Positions 46,976 through 56,982 of a stretch of DNA of 64,000 nucleotides are shown here, piece by piece. The notes under the pieces were generated by a model that saw only the letters and a program-made list of their open reading frames with translations, made no database searches and was not told where the DNA came from. Made by a program: the position numbers and the translations under genes. Source of the DNA: Gammaproteobacteria bacterium (GTDB lineage Bacteria; Pseudomonadota; Gammaproteobacteria; Pseudomonadales; Pseudohongiellaceae); assembly GCA_024644515.1 (NCBI GenBank), contig JAHEHN010000021.1:8338-72337 (forward strand), written 5' to 3'. The stretch's first letter is position 1, and each line of letters starts with the position of its first letter.

Positions 46976-47881
46976 ATGAGCCAAGCCTCCTTTTTCAAAC
47001 CTGCCAATGATGCAGGAAACAAAACTGCCAGCTGGCGGGATTACTACGAAATGTGTAAGCCCCGCGTGGTCATGATGATGATCCTGACCTCGCTGATCGG
47101 TATGTTCCTTGCCGTACCGGGTATGATTGCCCTGGATATTCTTATCTGGGGAAATCTTGGTATTGCTCTGGTTGCCAGTGCCGGCGCCGTGGTCAATCAC
47201 CTGATTGACCATCAGGTCGACACTATCATGCAGAGGACCATCAAGCGGCCGATTCCCCAGGGTAAAGTCAGTCCGCTGCAGGCTTTGCTGTTTGCATTGG
47301 GTATTTGTTTACTCGGAATGCTGATGCTTATTTTTCTGGTAAACCCCCTGAGTGCCTGGCTGACTCTGGCCTCTTTTGTTGGCTATGCCATTATTTATAC
47401 CGGATTTCTAAAACGGGCGACGCCACAGAATATTGTTATTGGCGGTCTTTCCGGCGCCATGCCACCGCTGCTTGGATGGACTGCTGTCACCGGCACTGTC
47501 GATCCGAACGGTTTGCTTTTGGTATTAATTATTTTTGCCTGGACCCCACCACATTTCTGGCCACTGGCTATTCATCGCAAGAGTGATTACGCCAAGACAG
47601 ACATTCCAATGCTGCCAGTCACCCATGGGGATCCACTGACCAAACTGCATACTCTGCTTTACACAATTATCATGTGCCTGGTCACTATCCTGCCTTACCT
47701 TACCGGGATGAGCGGGCCTCTTTATCTGGCAGCGGCCATTTTATTAGGCGGTGGGTTTCTGTATCACTCTTTACGATTGCTTGTTACCGACAACCCCCGT
47801 GCAGCCTTAACGACCTTTCGCTATTCGATTGTCTATCTGATTGCGCTGTTTATAGCGTTGTTGATAGATCACTATCTATAA
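46976..47881 (+). CDS. ctaB: Protoheme IX farnesyltransferase (heme O synthase)
   Basis: 301-aa UbiA-family prenyltransferase (YYEMCKPRVV..., NHLIDHQVD, WTPPHFW). Confidence 0.95.
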   Translation: MSQASFFKPANDAGNKTASWRDYYEMCKPRVVMMMILTSLIGMFLAVPGMIALDILIWGNLGIALVASAGAVVNHLIDHQVDTIMQRTIKRPIPQGKVSPLQALLFALGICLLGMLMLIFLVNPLSAWLTLASFVGYAIIYTGFLKRATPQNIVIGGLSGAMPPLLGWTAVTGTVDPNGLLLVLIIFAWTPPHFWPLAIHRKSDYAKTDIPMLPVTHGDPLTKLHTLLYTIIMCLVTILPYLTGMSGPLYLAAAILLGGGFLYHSLRLLVTDNPRAALTTFRYSIVYLIALFIALLIDHYL

Positions 47882-47934
47882 ATTCCTGACCCTATACTCA
47901 TTGCAGTATTATTCAGCACCCTGAACTAGTTGCT

Positions 47935-48582
47935 ATGGATACAAAGCGTTTGAAAATAATCATGTCATTGCTGGCCGGTATTTCGGTTCTTACCGGAGGC
48001 TTACTGGTTTATCTTTTCATTACGGCAAACCAGGTGACCATAGAGTCACTGCGTAATGACAGTTTTTTTGTTTACGATGCCCCAATTGAAATTGATGAAT
48101 TCAGCCTGACGGATCACAACAACGAACCTTTTAACCGTGGCGCACTGGAAGACAAATGGACACTGGTGTTTTTTGGCTACACGTTTTGCCCGGATATTTG
48201 TCCAATCACCATGGCGGCGATCAAACAGTTTTATGACCTGCTGGAAGACAATGGCCTGGAATCAGATGTGCAGGTGGCCATGATCAGTGTTGACCCTAAC
48301 CGTGATACACCGGAAAAGCTGGCCCAATATGTTGGTTTCTTCAATCCGGAATTTATCGGTCTGACGGGTGATTACAATAATCTTTATACGATGGCACGCA
48401 AAATGAACGTGGCATTTTCCTATTTGCGCGTTGATGATGATAATTATCTGGTAACACACAATGGAGAAATCATGCTGATAGACCCACAGGGAAATAATGT
48501 GGGCTTCTTCAAAGCGCCTTATGGTCCGCAGCTGATGCTGGATAACTTTCATGCGTTTAAAAAGTTTAGCGCAAAAAATTAA
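47935..48582 (+). CDS. SCO1/SenC copper chaperone
   Basis: 215 aa with one N-terminal TM helix and a thioredoxin fold carrying FFGYTFCPDICP (the CxxxC copper site). Confidence 0.92.
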   Translation: MDTKRLKIIMSLLAGISVLTGGLLVYLFITANQVTIESLRNDSFFVYDAPIEIDEFSLTDHNNEPFNRGALEDKWTLVFFGYTFCPDICPITMAAIKQFYDLLEDNGLESDVQVAMISVDPNRDTPEKLAQYVGFFNPEFIGLTGDYNNLYTMARKMNVAFSYLRVDDDNYLVTHNGEIMLIDPQGNNVGFFKAPYGPQLMLDNFHAFKKFSAKN

Positions 48583-48599
48583 ACCCGCCTTACGCGCTC

Positions 48600-49388
48600 T
48601 TAACCTTTCTCGCCGCTGACAGCAACCCTCGAAAAAATAAACAGCAAGCTGGTCATGACCACGATGCTTGGGCCGGTAGGTGTATCCCAGAACCAGGACG
48701 CCGCCAAGCCACCACAAACCGCAATACAGCCTACGATACTCGCCATAACCGACATTGATTCAGGCGTTTTGGAAAATGCCCTTGCGCAGGCGGGAGGAAT
48801 AATGAGAAGGGAGGTAATAAGTAACACACCAACCACTTTCATGGAAACAGCAACTATCAATGCAATCAATAACATCAGTAAAAGTCGCAGACGAGTAACA
48901 TTAAGGCCTTCAACCTGGGCAAGTTCCTGATGAAGTGTGATTGTTAACAGACGATTCCAGTTGGCAAATAGTACGCCCAAAACTATACAAACGCTGACAC
49001 CAATCCAGATAAGGTCGTTCCACGATACGGTAAGTAAATCGCCAAATAAATAGGCCATCAGGTTTATCTGGTTATCAGTAAAACTGATCATAACCAGTCC
49101 AAGCGCGAGAGAACTGTGGGCAAGGATTCCAAGAATAGTATCGGTAGAAAGGCCGCGACGGTTTTCCATCATCACCAGGGCAACAGCCAGAAGCATGCAG
49201 GCAACAATGACGGATAACTGCAGACTTATATCAAGAATCAGGCCGAGCGCAATACCAAAAAGGGCTGAGTGGGCGAGGGTATCGCCAAAATAAGACATCC
49301 GGCGCCATACCACAAAGCACCCAAGCGGTCCTGCAATAATGGCAACCATGAGGCCGGCTAACAATGCACGTATTATAAAATCAGCCAT
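48600..49388 (-). CDS. znuB: Zinc ABC transporter permease
   Basis: 262-aa ABC-3 family permease downstream of znuC. Confidence 0.9.
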   Translation of the reverse strand: MADFIIRALLAGLMVAIIAGPLGCFVVWRRMSYFGDTLAHSALFGIALGLILDISLQLSVIVACMLLAVALVMMENRRGLSTDTILGILAHSSLALGLVMISFTDNQINLMAYLFGDLLTVSWNDLIWIGVSVCIVLGVLFANWNRLLTITLHQELAQVEGLNVTRLRLLLMLLIALIVAVSMKVVGVLLITSLLIIPPACARAFSKTPESMSVMASIVGCIAVCGGLAASWFWDTPTGPSIVVMTSLLFIFSRVAVSGEKG

Positions 49389-49412
49389 AGAGTTTTCGCC
49401 TGAATCCTGCCT

Positions 49413-50183
49413 TCATTTTTCTCTTTTCTCAACAATATCACCACCAAGATCATGGCTGTGGTTGTGATGGTGAGTATAGACTGCAAGAGTCTCTGCATCT
49501 TTTTTGCCAAATAATTCCAGATAGGCAGGGTCATTGCTTACCTGTTCAGGATGACCATGGCAGCACACGTGCTGATTAAGACAGATCACCTCATCGGTTG
49601 CTGACATAACCAGATGCAAGTCGTGAGAAACAAGTAAAATGCCACACTTGTGTCGGGTCCTGATATTTTCAATAAGCCGGTAAAGCTCGGCTTGACCGTT
49701 CACATCAACACCCTGCACGGGTTCATCAAGCACCAGTAACTGGGGTGCCTGAATCAGGGCCCTGGCCAGCAAAACCCGTTGTAGTTCACCACCAGAAAGG
49801 GAGTGCAGCTGGCTATTGAGTAATGCGCTCGCTCCCACCTCTTTCAGGACGCCACCTATTTCACTGCGGTTTGCATTTACCGCCAGTTTTAGGAAGCGGT
49901 CAACAGATACCGGCATGCTGGGATCTATATGCAGGCGCTGGGGCATATAGCCAACTCTCAAATTTTTTCTCAGGGTAACCGTGCCACTGGAGGGTTTTAC
50001 CAGACCAAGCACAATTTTCACCAGGGACGTTTTTCCAGCCCCATTGGGACCAATCAAGGTGACAATCTGCTCTTTAGCTACCTGCAGGGATATATTATTT
50101 AGAATTTGCCGCTGCTCAATTTCCAGCGAAATATTGCTGGCATTAATAAGGAAATTTTCGTCCACAACAGGGAATCCGGCCAA
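49413..50183 (-). CDS. znuC: Zinc ABC transporter ATP-binding protein
   Basis: Walker [10 protein letters not shown], signature LSGGELQR, and a His-rich C-terminus (HHHNHSHD). The track start is a TTG, so the exact start is uncertain. Confidence 0.9.
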   Translation of the reverse strand: MAGFPVVDENFLINASNISLEIEQRQILNNISLQVAKEQIVTLIGPNGAGKTSLVKIVLGLVKPSSGTVTLRKNLRVGYMPQRLHIDPSMPVSVDRFLKLAVNANRSEIGGVLKEVGASALLNSQLHSLSGGELQRVLLARALIQAPQLLVLDEPVQGVDVNGQAELYRLIENIRTRHKCGILLVSHDLHLVMSATDEVICLNQHVCCHGHPEQVSNDPAYLELFGKKDAETLAVYTHHHNHSHDLGGDIVEKREK

Positions 50184-50264
50184 GAGAGTTTGAGAATGAT
50201 ATGGCAGGATTGTGCAGTATATTTTTTATGCTGAACACTGGAATCCTGTGGTATTCATTCAGGG

Positions 50265-50274
50265 TGATATATCA
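50265..50274. promoter_or_regulatory. Fur/Zur-family-like palindrome in the znuC/znuA divergent promoter region
   Basis: Perfect 10-bp palindrome TGATATATCA within GTGATATATCATAGCAT. This loosely resembles the E. coli znu Zur operator as I recall it. Pattern only. Confidence 0.3.
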
Positions 50275-50337
50275 TAGCATCTTTTAAATGCATGGCTTAC
50301 TGGCTGAGCAGTTTCTGACGGGTATTTCTCTTTAACT

Positions 50338-51186
50338 ATGCGCACATTATTGCTGATTATCTTTCTTCTGCCCGGGCTTAATACCCAGGTTTTTGCGCAG
50401 AATTCTGTGGCTGCCAGCATTCGACCACTACAATTAATTGCAGCAGCCATAACTGAAGAGGTTTCTCAGCCACAACTGGTGATGGATGGCTCCCAGGATC
50501 CTCATCATCCCTCGCTTAGACCCTCACAACGCCGCGCCATGAACCAGGCAGATATTTTTATCTGGATTGGACCGCAACTTGAAACCGGCATGGAGGCAAT
50601 AATTGGCGAGCTGGATGCGCTGGTTATAACAGTTATAAATCTCGACGGGCTTACAGTGTATCCACTTAACGCCAGTGTCGACCCTCATGTCTGGCTTGAT
50701 AGCAATAATGCCGGAATAATTGCAGATGCGCTGGCAGCAAACCTGATTGAACTCGATCGCGAAAATGAAGCGCGCTATTTACAAAACCTTGCCCGCTTCA
50801 GGTCGGACTTGAAAAGCCTGGAGAATGAGCTCGGGAAAACGGTTGATCCTGACAGCTTCCCAGCCTTTGCGGTATACCATAATGGCTACCAGTATTTTGA
50901 AAAGCAGTTGGGGCTTTTTCATCTGACCAGCTTTACCGATAATGAGGAAGTACAGCCCGGAATAAGGCGTGTCATGGAAATTAAATCCCTACTCAATGCC
51001 AGCGATGTGAACTGTATTGTGGTTGATCCCGCTGTAAATTCAGGGAACCTTCAAAATCAACTTGAACGTGATAACTTGCGTTTTATTTCCGTTGATGTGC
51101 TTGCTCATGATATTCCTCTATCAGGGGATGGCTATTTCCAGTTTATGCAAAAGCTGGTAGCAAATTTTGCTTCCTGCCGAGAGTAA
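50338..51186 (+). CDS. znuA: Zinc ABC transporter periplasmic binding protein
   Basis: 282 aa with a signal peptide and cluster-9 SBP features (DPHHPSLRPS, DPHVWLD). Divergent from znuCB. Confidence 0.9.
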   Translation: MRTLLLIIFLLPGLNTQVFAQNSVAASIRPLQLIAAAITEEVSQPQLVMDGSQDPHHPSLRPSQRRAMNQADIFIWIGPQLETGMEAIIGELDALVITVINLDGLTVYPLNASVDPHVWLDSNNAGIIADALAANLIELDRENEARYLQNLARFRSDLKSLENELGKTVDPDSFPAFAVYHNGYQYFEKQLGLFHLTSFTDNEEVQPGIRRVMEIKSLLNASDVNCIVVDPAVNSGNLQNQLERDNLRFISVDVLAHDIPLSGDGYFQFMQKLVANFASCRE

Positions 51187-51257
51187 ACTGAAACCGTATA
51201 GTGCAGGACAAGCCTGTGAAAAATTTATAATCTGAATGTCTGAGAAAGCAGAGCAGC

Positions 51258-54002
51258 ATGGCCAATAATAATCCACTGATACTTGTTGATGGTTCCTCCT
51301 ATTTATTTCGGGCCTTTCATGCCTTGCCCCCGCTAACTACCAGTAAGGGGCAGCCTACCGGTGCAGTCAAAGGCGTCATTAATATGATCAGGAGCCTGAT
51401 CAACAGCTACCCTGACAGTTATGTTGCGATCGTGTTTGATGCGAAAGGGAAGACTTTCCGTAACGATATGTATAGCGAGTACAAGGCTAATCGGCCGCCC
51501 ATGCCTGATGATCTGCGCAGTCAGATTGAGCCAATACATCTGATTATCAAGGCAATGGGGTTACCGCTGATTGTGGTAGACGGTGTCGAGGCCGATGATG
51601 TGATTGGCACATTGGCCCAGCAGGCATGGGAGTTGAGCATGCCAACGCTAATTTCCACCGGGGACAAGGATCTGGCGCAACTGGTCAATGAACATGTCAC
51701 CCTGCTCAATACCATGACCAATGAAACCCTGGATATTGAAGGCGTAAATAAAAAGTTTGGTTTGCCACCGGAAAAGATTATCGACTATCTCGCTTTGATG
51801 GGTGACAAGGCTGACAATATTCCGGGGGTTCCCGGTGTCGGGCCGAAAACTGCAGTGAAATGGCTGCATGAATATGGCTCGCTGGAAGGCGTTATCCAAA
51901 ACGCCGAAGCGGTAAAAGGAAAAATTGGAGAAAAGCTGCGTGACAACCTGGAACAACTCGGACTTTCCCAGGAACTTGCTACCATAAAGCTGGATGTTGA
52001 GCTGGATTTTGGTCCCAAAGACCTGGTTCACGAAGAAGCGAATAAACCTGAACTGCTTGCACTTTATAAGCAAATGGAATTTCGCTCCTGGATCAAGGAA
52101 CTGGAGGGCGAAGGCGTCGAGGCGGCAGAATCGCAGGGGGTGGAGTCGGAAGGTGAAGCGCAGGATGATATTGTCGAGATACCCACACCCGAAACGCTCG
52201 AATACAGGTGCATCCTGGAACAAGAGCTGCTGGAAGAGTTTATTGCGGATAGCGCCAGAGCAGGACGAGTCGCCATCAGTGTTGAGACAGAAGGCGGGCA
52301 TTACAAGGAAGCAGAAATCGTAGGGCTATCCCTGTGCTGTGAACCCGGTAAAGCCATATATATCCCTCTGGCCCATAGTGGTCTGGATACGCCGGCCCAA
52401 CTGGAAAGGGATTCAGTAGTTGCCCTGTTAAAGCCGGTTCTGGAAGACAAACATCTGTTTAAAATCGGCCATGACCTGAAATTAATTTCTCATGTATTGA
52501 GTAATTATGGAATTTCACTGGGTGGCAGACGCTATGACACCATGCTGCAATCCTATGTGCTGAATTCGGTTGCGTTCAAACATACTTTTGACCGGCTGGT
52601 GTCGCTTTACCTTGAGCAGGACAAAAAGACGCTGGAAGAAGTGCTGGGAAAAGGCAGAACAAAAATCAGTTTTGCCGAGCTTGAACTGGAAAAAGCCACC
52701 TCCTGGTCTGCGGAAAACGCAGATTTCTGTTTTCGCTTGCACCAGGTGCTGGAGAACAAGCTAAAACAAACGACTGAACTGGCAGAGGTATATCGCTATT
52801 TCGAAATCGCCCTGGTTCCGGTTTTAAGCCGCATGGAAGACGCTGGAGTGAGCCTGGATACCGCAGCACTTGCCAGGCAAAGTGAAGAGATTGCAGATAA
52901 ACTTCAGACCCTGGAAAAGAAGGCCTACGAGCTTGCCGGGGAAGAATTTAATCTGGGCTCACCAAAACAACTGCAGCAAATTTTTTACGAAAAACTGAAT
53001 TACCGTGTCATCAGTAAAACAGCAAAAGGCCAGCCCTCTACAGCGGAGCCGGTGTTGCAGGAATTGGCACTGGAATACCCGTTACCGGAAATAATTCTCG
53101 AGCACCGTAGTTTGAGCAAATTGAAATCGACTTACACGGATCGTCTGCCGCGGGATATTAATCCGAATACTGGTCGAATACACACCAATTATCAGCAGGC
53201 CGTGGCGGCTACCGGCAGGTTATCGTCAACAGAACCAAATCTGCAAAACATTCCCATCAGAACCGAAGAAGGGCGCCGCATCAGACAAGCCTTTGTCGCT
53301 GAAAAAGGCAAGGTGCTGTTAGCCGCGGACTATTCCCAGGTTGAATTGCGAATTATGGCGCATCTTTCCGGGGATGAAGGACTCTGTGAGGCATTTTCCA
53401 GAGGACTGGATGTGCATCTGGCAACAGCCAGTGAAATTTTTTCTGTGGCTCTGGACAAAGTGGAGCCGGATCAAAGACGAAGTGCAAAAGCGATTAATTT
53501 TGGTTTGATTTACGGCATGTCGGCTTTTGGCCTTGCCAAGCAACTGGGTATCGGACGTGCAGAAGCCCAGGAATATGTGGAGCGATATTTTCAGCGCTAT
53601 CCGGGTGTGCGCAGATATATGGATGATACGCGTATGCTGGCCAGTGAGCAGGGCTACGTGGAGACGCTATTTGGAAGACGTTTGTATCTGCCGGATATAA
53701 AGGCCAGCAATGGCATGTTACGTAAGGCGGCGGAAAGAACCGCGATCAATGCCCCAATGCAGGGAACCGCCGCAGATATTATCAAGCAGGCAATGGTGGA
53801 CATAGATCACTGGCTAAAAGTAGCCAAACTTGACGCGATGATGATCATGCAGGTGCATGATGAACTGGTGTTTGAGGTGGCAGAACAGGATCTGGAATTA
53901 CTGGCTGAAGGTGTCAGGTTTCGCATGGTGTCATCAGCGTCACTGAATGTGCCTTTGGTGGTAGATTTGGGTTCCGGTAAAGACTGGAATACTGCTCATT
54001 AG
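51258..54002 (+). CDS. polA: DNA polymerase I
   Basis: 914 aa with the 5' nuclease domain (LILVDGSSYLFRAFHA), 3'-5' exonuclease domain, and polymerase motifs (DYSQVELRIMAH, QVHDELVFE). Confidence 0.99.
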   Translation: MANNNPLILVDGSSYLFRAFHALPPLTTSKGQPTGAVKGVINMIRSLINSYPDSYVAIVFDAKGKTFRNDMYSEYKANRPPMPDDLRSQIEPIHLIIKAMGLPLIVVDGVEADDVIGTLAQQAWELSMPTLISTGDKDLAQLVNEHVTLLNTMTNETLDIEGVNKKFGLPPEKIIDYLALMGDKADNIPGVPGVGPKTAVKWLHEYGSLEGVIQNAEAVKGKIGEKLRDNLEQLGLSQELATIKLDVELDFGPKDLVHEEANKPELLALYKQMEFRSWIKELEGEGVEAAESQGVESEGEAQDDIVEIPTPETLEYRCILEQELLEEFIADSARAGRVAISVETEGGHYKEAEIVGLSLCCEPGKAIYIPLAHSGLDTPAQLERDSVVALLKPVLEDKHLFKIGHDLKLISHVLSNYGISLGGRRYDTMLQSYVLNSVAFKHTFDRLVSLYLEQDKKTLEEVLGKGRTKISFAELELEKATSWSAENADFCFRLHQVLENKLKQTTELAEVYRYFEIALVPVLSRMEDAGVSLDTAALARQSEEIADKLQTLEKKAYELAGEEFNLGSPKQLQQIFYEKLNYRVISKTAKGQPSTAEPVLQELALEYPLPEIILEHRSLSKLKSTYTDRLPRDINPNTGRIHTNYQQAVAATGRLSSTEPNLQNIPIRTEEGRRIRQAFVAEKGKVLLAADYSQVELRIMAHLSGDEGLCEAFSRGLDVHLATASEIFSVALDKVEPDQRRSAKAINFGLIYGMSAFGLAKQLGIGRAEAQEYVERYFQRYPGVRRYMDDTRMLASEQGYVETLFGRRLYLPDIKASNGMLRKAAERTAINAPMQGTAADIIKQAMVDIDHWLKVAKLDAMMIMQVHDELVFEVAEQDLELLAEGVRFRMVSSASLNVPLVVDLGSGKDWNTAH

Positions 54003-54017
54003 TATATCTGGGGCTGC

Positions 54018-54049
54018 TTTTTCCTGTGTCTCTGCCCGAACAGGAAAAA
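54018..54049 (+). terminator. Hairpin after the polA stop (possible intrinsic terminator)
   Basis: Perfect 10-bp stem tttttcctgt (54018-54027) / acaggaaaaa (54040-54049) with a 12-nt loop, followed by the T-rich tatttaattatttttt. The stem is AU-rich, so strength is uncertain. Confidence 0.4.
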
Positions 54050-54182
54050 TATTTAATTATTTTTTCCCCTTTTTTGAACTAATGGAAAAACAGCGGGTCA
54101 ATTAATACAGCAGGAGGGTTTTCTCCCCGATTTTTCCTTCTTGCTGAAAGAAGATATATCTCCTGGTTAATAGGAGCGCGTT

Positions 54183-54215
54183 GGGCCCTAACTGTTTCTC
54201 CTACAGTTAGGGCCC
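54183..54215. terminator. 13-bp perfect hairpin between the convergent polA and engB
   Basis: gggccctaactgt (54183-54195), loop ttctcct, acagttagggccc (54203-54215). Abuts the engB stop at 54218. No clean U-tract on the engB side; ctttaattt follows on the plus side. Confidence 0.5.
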
Positions 54216-54217
54216 CT

Positions 54218-54910
54218 TTAATTTGGGGGCTTTATATTCTCGATATTCTCGTTTCCTGAAACTGTTTCAACTTCTTCATCTGTCTCAAGGGCTGGAGGGC
54301 ATAACCAGGATTGTAGTCGCCCTTTCAGAGCGCCTGCGCCCTCATGATTAAGAGCTGAAAACAGCTGAATTGTGATCATATCACCGTAACCAGCCAGTGC
54401 TCGTCGGGTTTCAAGAAGGGCTTTTTGCTTGGCTCCGGACTTCAGTTTGTCGCTTTTTGTCAGCAGTATATGCACTGACATTGGGGCGTGGGCACACCAC
54501 TCTATCATCATTCGATCAAAATCCTTGAGGGGGTGGCGGCAATCCATCAACAAGACCAGTCCGCGTAATGACTTACGTTCTCTGAGATAGGCTTCCAGTT
54601 GTTTTTGCCATTTGGCTTTAACCTCCGGAGGCACTTTGGCATAGCCAAAGCCGGGCAGATCGACCAGAAACTTACCCTCGGCTACCTGGAAGAAATTGAG
54701 TAATTGCGTTCGCCCCGGGGTTTTACTGGTTCTGGCCAGCTTGGTTTGGTCGGTCAATGTATTGATTGCGCTGGATTTACCCGCATTGGAGCGCCCGACA
54801 AAAGCTACTTCATCAGCATTGTCTTGCGGGCACTGCGATAAGGTGCTGGCGCTCTGTAAAAAACGGGTGCCGGTGAAGTCTAGTCGGTTGGCCTGCTGAT
54901 CAGCTTTCAT
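54218..54910 (-). CDS. engB: Ribosome biogenesis GTPase EngB (YihA)
   Basis: 230 aa with G1 motif GRSNAGKSSAIN and G3 DLPGFGYA. Acidic C-terminal extension. Confidence 0.94.
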   Translation of the reverse strand: MKADQQANRLDFTGTRFLQSASTLSQCPQDNADEVAFVGRSNAGKSSAINTLTDQTKLARTSKTPGRTQLLNFFQVAEGKFLVDLPGFGYAKVPPEVKAKWQKQLEAYLRERKSLRGLVLLMDCRHPLKDFDRMMIEWCAHAPMSVHILLTKSDKLKSGAKQKALLETRRALAGYGDMITIQLFSALNHEGAGALKGRLQSWLCPPALETDEEVETVSGNENIENIKPPN

Positions 54911-55182
54911 AGTCTGGCATTCTGTTTGGGGTTAGGTGATGGCTTAAGGTATAATCGTGCGGCTTTTATCGGCTGTGGATTGTAACAGCACTGATTAACG
55001 AATGAGTAGTTTATAAGATTTTAGCTGTAATGCTTGTTCTGGAAACAGGGCACAATCGATAATTAGCCTGTCGCTTTGAATTTTTGACATTTGGCATTGA
55101 TCGAAATGCCCAAAATTACAGTAAATATAGATAGCAGTAAGTATAAATAGAAGTAACTAAACGTCCCGACTGGAAACTGAGA

Positions 55183-55842
55183 ATGAAGAATACCGCAGTA
55201 AATACCACTAGCTTTGTAAGTACTTTTGTTTCGGGCACAGTATCAGCAGCCGCCATTGTTTTTACGGCCTTGGTGGGTAGTGTGCAGGTTTTTGCCCAGG
55301 GCGATGCTGCTGCTGGCGCAGAGAAAATCACTGTTTGTCTGGCTTGTCATGGCTCCGATGGCAATATGAGTACGCTTCCGAATGTCCCTAAAATTGGCGG
55401 ACAGACAGAAAAATACCTTTTAAAACAAATGCATGACATCAAAACTGGTGTCAGAGCGGCGCCCTTGATGACCGGCATGCTGAATGCACTTAACGATCAG
55501 GACATGGCCGATGTCGCTGCTTATTATGCCTCCCAGCCCCTGGCGCAAGGTGCGGCAGAACCAGAAAAAGTTGCCCTTGGCGAGACCCTGTACAGGGCCG
55601 GTATTGCTGAAATTGGCGCAGCGGCCTGTTCTGCCTGTCATTCGCCAAATGGGGAAGGTCTCTCATCTGCGGGCTATCCGGCATTGAGCGGACAAGATCC
55701 TGCCTATACTGAATTGCAACTCAAGGCGTTCAGGTCTGGTATGCGTAATAACGATGATGCTGAAGTAATGCGCAGTATTGCCGCGCGCTTAAGTGACGAA
55801 GAAATTGCTGCACTGGCTTCCTATGTCTCTGGATTGCGCTAA
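55183..55842 (+). CDS. Dihaem cytochrome c4
   Basis: 219 aa with a signal peptide and two CxxCH haem sites (CLACH, CSACH) in a tandem-domain layout. Confidence 0.92.
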   Translation: MKNTAVNTTSFVSTFVSGTVSAAAIVFTALVGSVQVFAQGDAAAGAEKITVCLACHGSDGNMSTLPNVPKIGGQTEKYLLKQMHDIKTGVRAAPLMTGMLNALNDQDMADVAAYYASQPLAQGAAEPEKVALGETLYRAGIAEIGAAACSACHSPNGEGLSSAGYPALSGQDPAYTELQLKAFRSGMRNNDDAEVMRSIAARLSDEEIAALASYVSGLR

Positions 55843-56042
55843 TTCAGCTGTAGTTAAGGCGCTTTAAACAATACTCCGGTAAAGAGTACTCTGGAAGAAT
55901 GAGCGTGGCATAATAAGGAAAAATAGCGAAACAGCCTTTCTATCCATGTCTTGAAAGTTTATAAAGGTTATAACATAAGCAGTATCGATAATTTATTTTG
56001 AAATACTGATCACGCAGGAATACACCGAGGGAGAGAGACCCA

Positions 56043-56684
56043 ATGAAGTTAACCACTAAATTACTGATGATGTTTGTACTGGCCCTGAATGTAGCCGCAA
56101 CGGCTATGGCTCAACCAGCCTTGTATGTTGAAGGTACTCACTATGAAGTCATTGCCGATCCGGTCAGAACATCAGACCCGAACAAGGTCGAAGTGTCTGA
56201 AATCTTCTGGTATGGCTGTCCGCACTGCTATGCATTTGAGCCACTGATAACCAGTTGGGAAGAAAAGCTGCCTTCTGACGTTGCTTTCGTACGCAGCCCG
56301 GGTATGTGGAATGGCACCATGGAAATACACGCGCAGATTTATTACGCTGCAGAAGCACTTGGTGTTTCAGAAACCATTCATCCGATAGCGTTTTCTGAAA
56401 TTCACCAGCGTCGCAACTACCTGCAGTCGGAAGAAGCCGTTAAGGATATGTTTGTCGGTGCGGGGGTTGCCCCTGATGCGTTTGACAAAGCCTGGAAATC
56501 CTTTTCAGTTTCCAGCGCCGTCAAGCGCGCCGGCACACGCATGAGAGACTATGGTGTTCGTGGCGTGCCAAGCATGGTAGTTAACGGCAAATACCTGGTT
56601 ACTGTAGGCGGGCCAGTTCCCACTCAAACTGAACTTTTGAAGATTGTTGATTTTCTGGTACAGAAGGAAAAATCCAGCAGTTAA
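56043..56684 (+). CDS. dsbA: Thiol:disulfide interchange protein DsbA
   Basis: 213 aa with a signal peptide and the active site FWYGCPHCYAFEP. Confidence 0.95.
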   Translation: MKLTTKLLMMFVLALNVAATAMAQPALYVEGTHYEVIADPVRTSDPNKVEVSEIFWYGCPHCYAFEPLITSWEEKLPSDVAFVRSPGMWNGTMEIHAQIYYAAEALGVSETIHPIAFSEIHQRRNYLQSEEAVKDMFVGAGVAPDAFDKAWKSFSVSSAVKRAGTRMRDYGVRGVPSMVVNGKYLVTVGGPVPTQTELLKIVDFLVQKEKSSS

Positions 56685-56710
56685 TTCCTCTGTTTAGCAC
56701 AGAAACAGGA

Positions 56711-56742
56711 CGCCCATACTTATCCGGTATGGGCGTTTTTTT
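56711..56742 (+). terminator. Rho-independent terminator after dsbA
   Basis: 9-bp stem cgcccatac (56711-56719) / gtatgggcg (56727-56735), 7-nt loop, then T7 (56736-56742). Confidence 0.9.
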
Positions 56743-56782
56743 ATGGGCGCGCCACAAAACCCGGGCTTGTGTCACATTTTGA

Positions 56783-56803
56783 CTAAATTTCCTGTAAATT
56801 TAG
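56783..56803. promoter_or_regulatory. Perfect 8-5-8 inverted repeat upstream of the T2SS-type operon (possible operator)
   Basis: ctaaattt-cctgt-aaatttag, about 180 nt upstream of the first T2SS gene and downstream of the dsbA terminator. Confidence 0.3.
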
Positions 56804-56982
56804 ATGCTTACCGCAAAATATTCACAAAAAGAATAAACTTTTTAGTTAGCCTCGTTGTCATAGTACAGACCCGCAGCCCTGATTTGCCTGTAAAGCATAG
56901 CAATTACTAGGGAGAGGCTGGAAAATAACCTATAATTCAAGGTTTTAGATTAATACTTACAATATAATCCTCAGTAGAAATT

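Noticed and set aside
48262-48717. 151-aa minus-strand ORF
   Set aside because: Overlaps the 3' end of sco1 in antisense and the 3' end of znuB out of frame. Both neighbours are well supported.
49566-49571. CACGTG core in cagcacacgtgctg inside znuC, considered as parS
   Set aside because: The flanking bases do not match the parS consensus.
51648-52301. 217-aa ORF on the minus strand
   Set aside because: Antisense to polA, whose full-length conservation explains the region. No start context or motifs.
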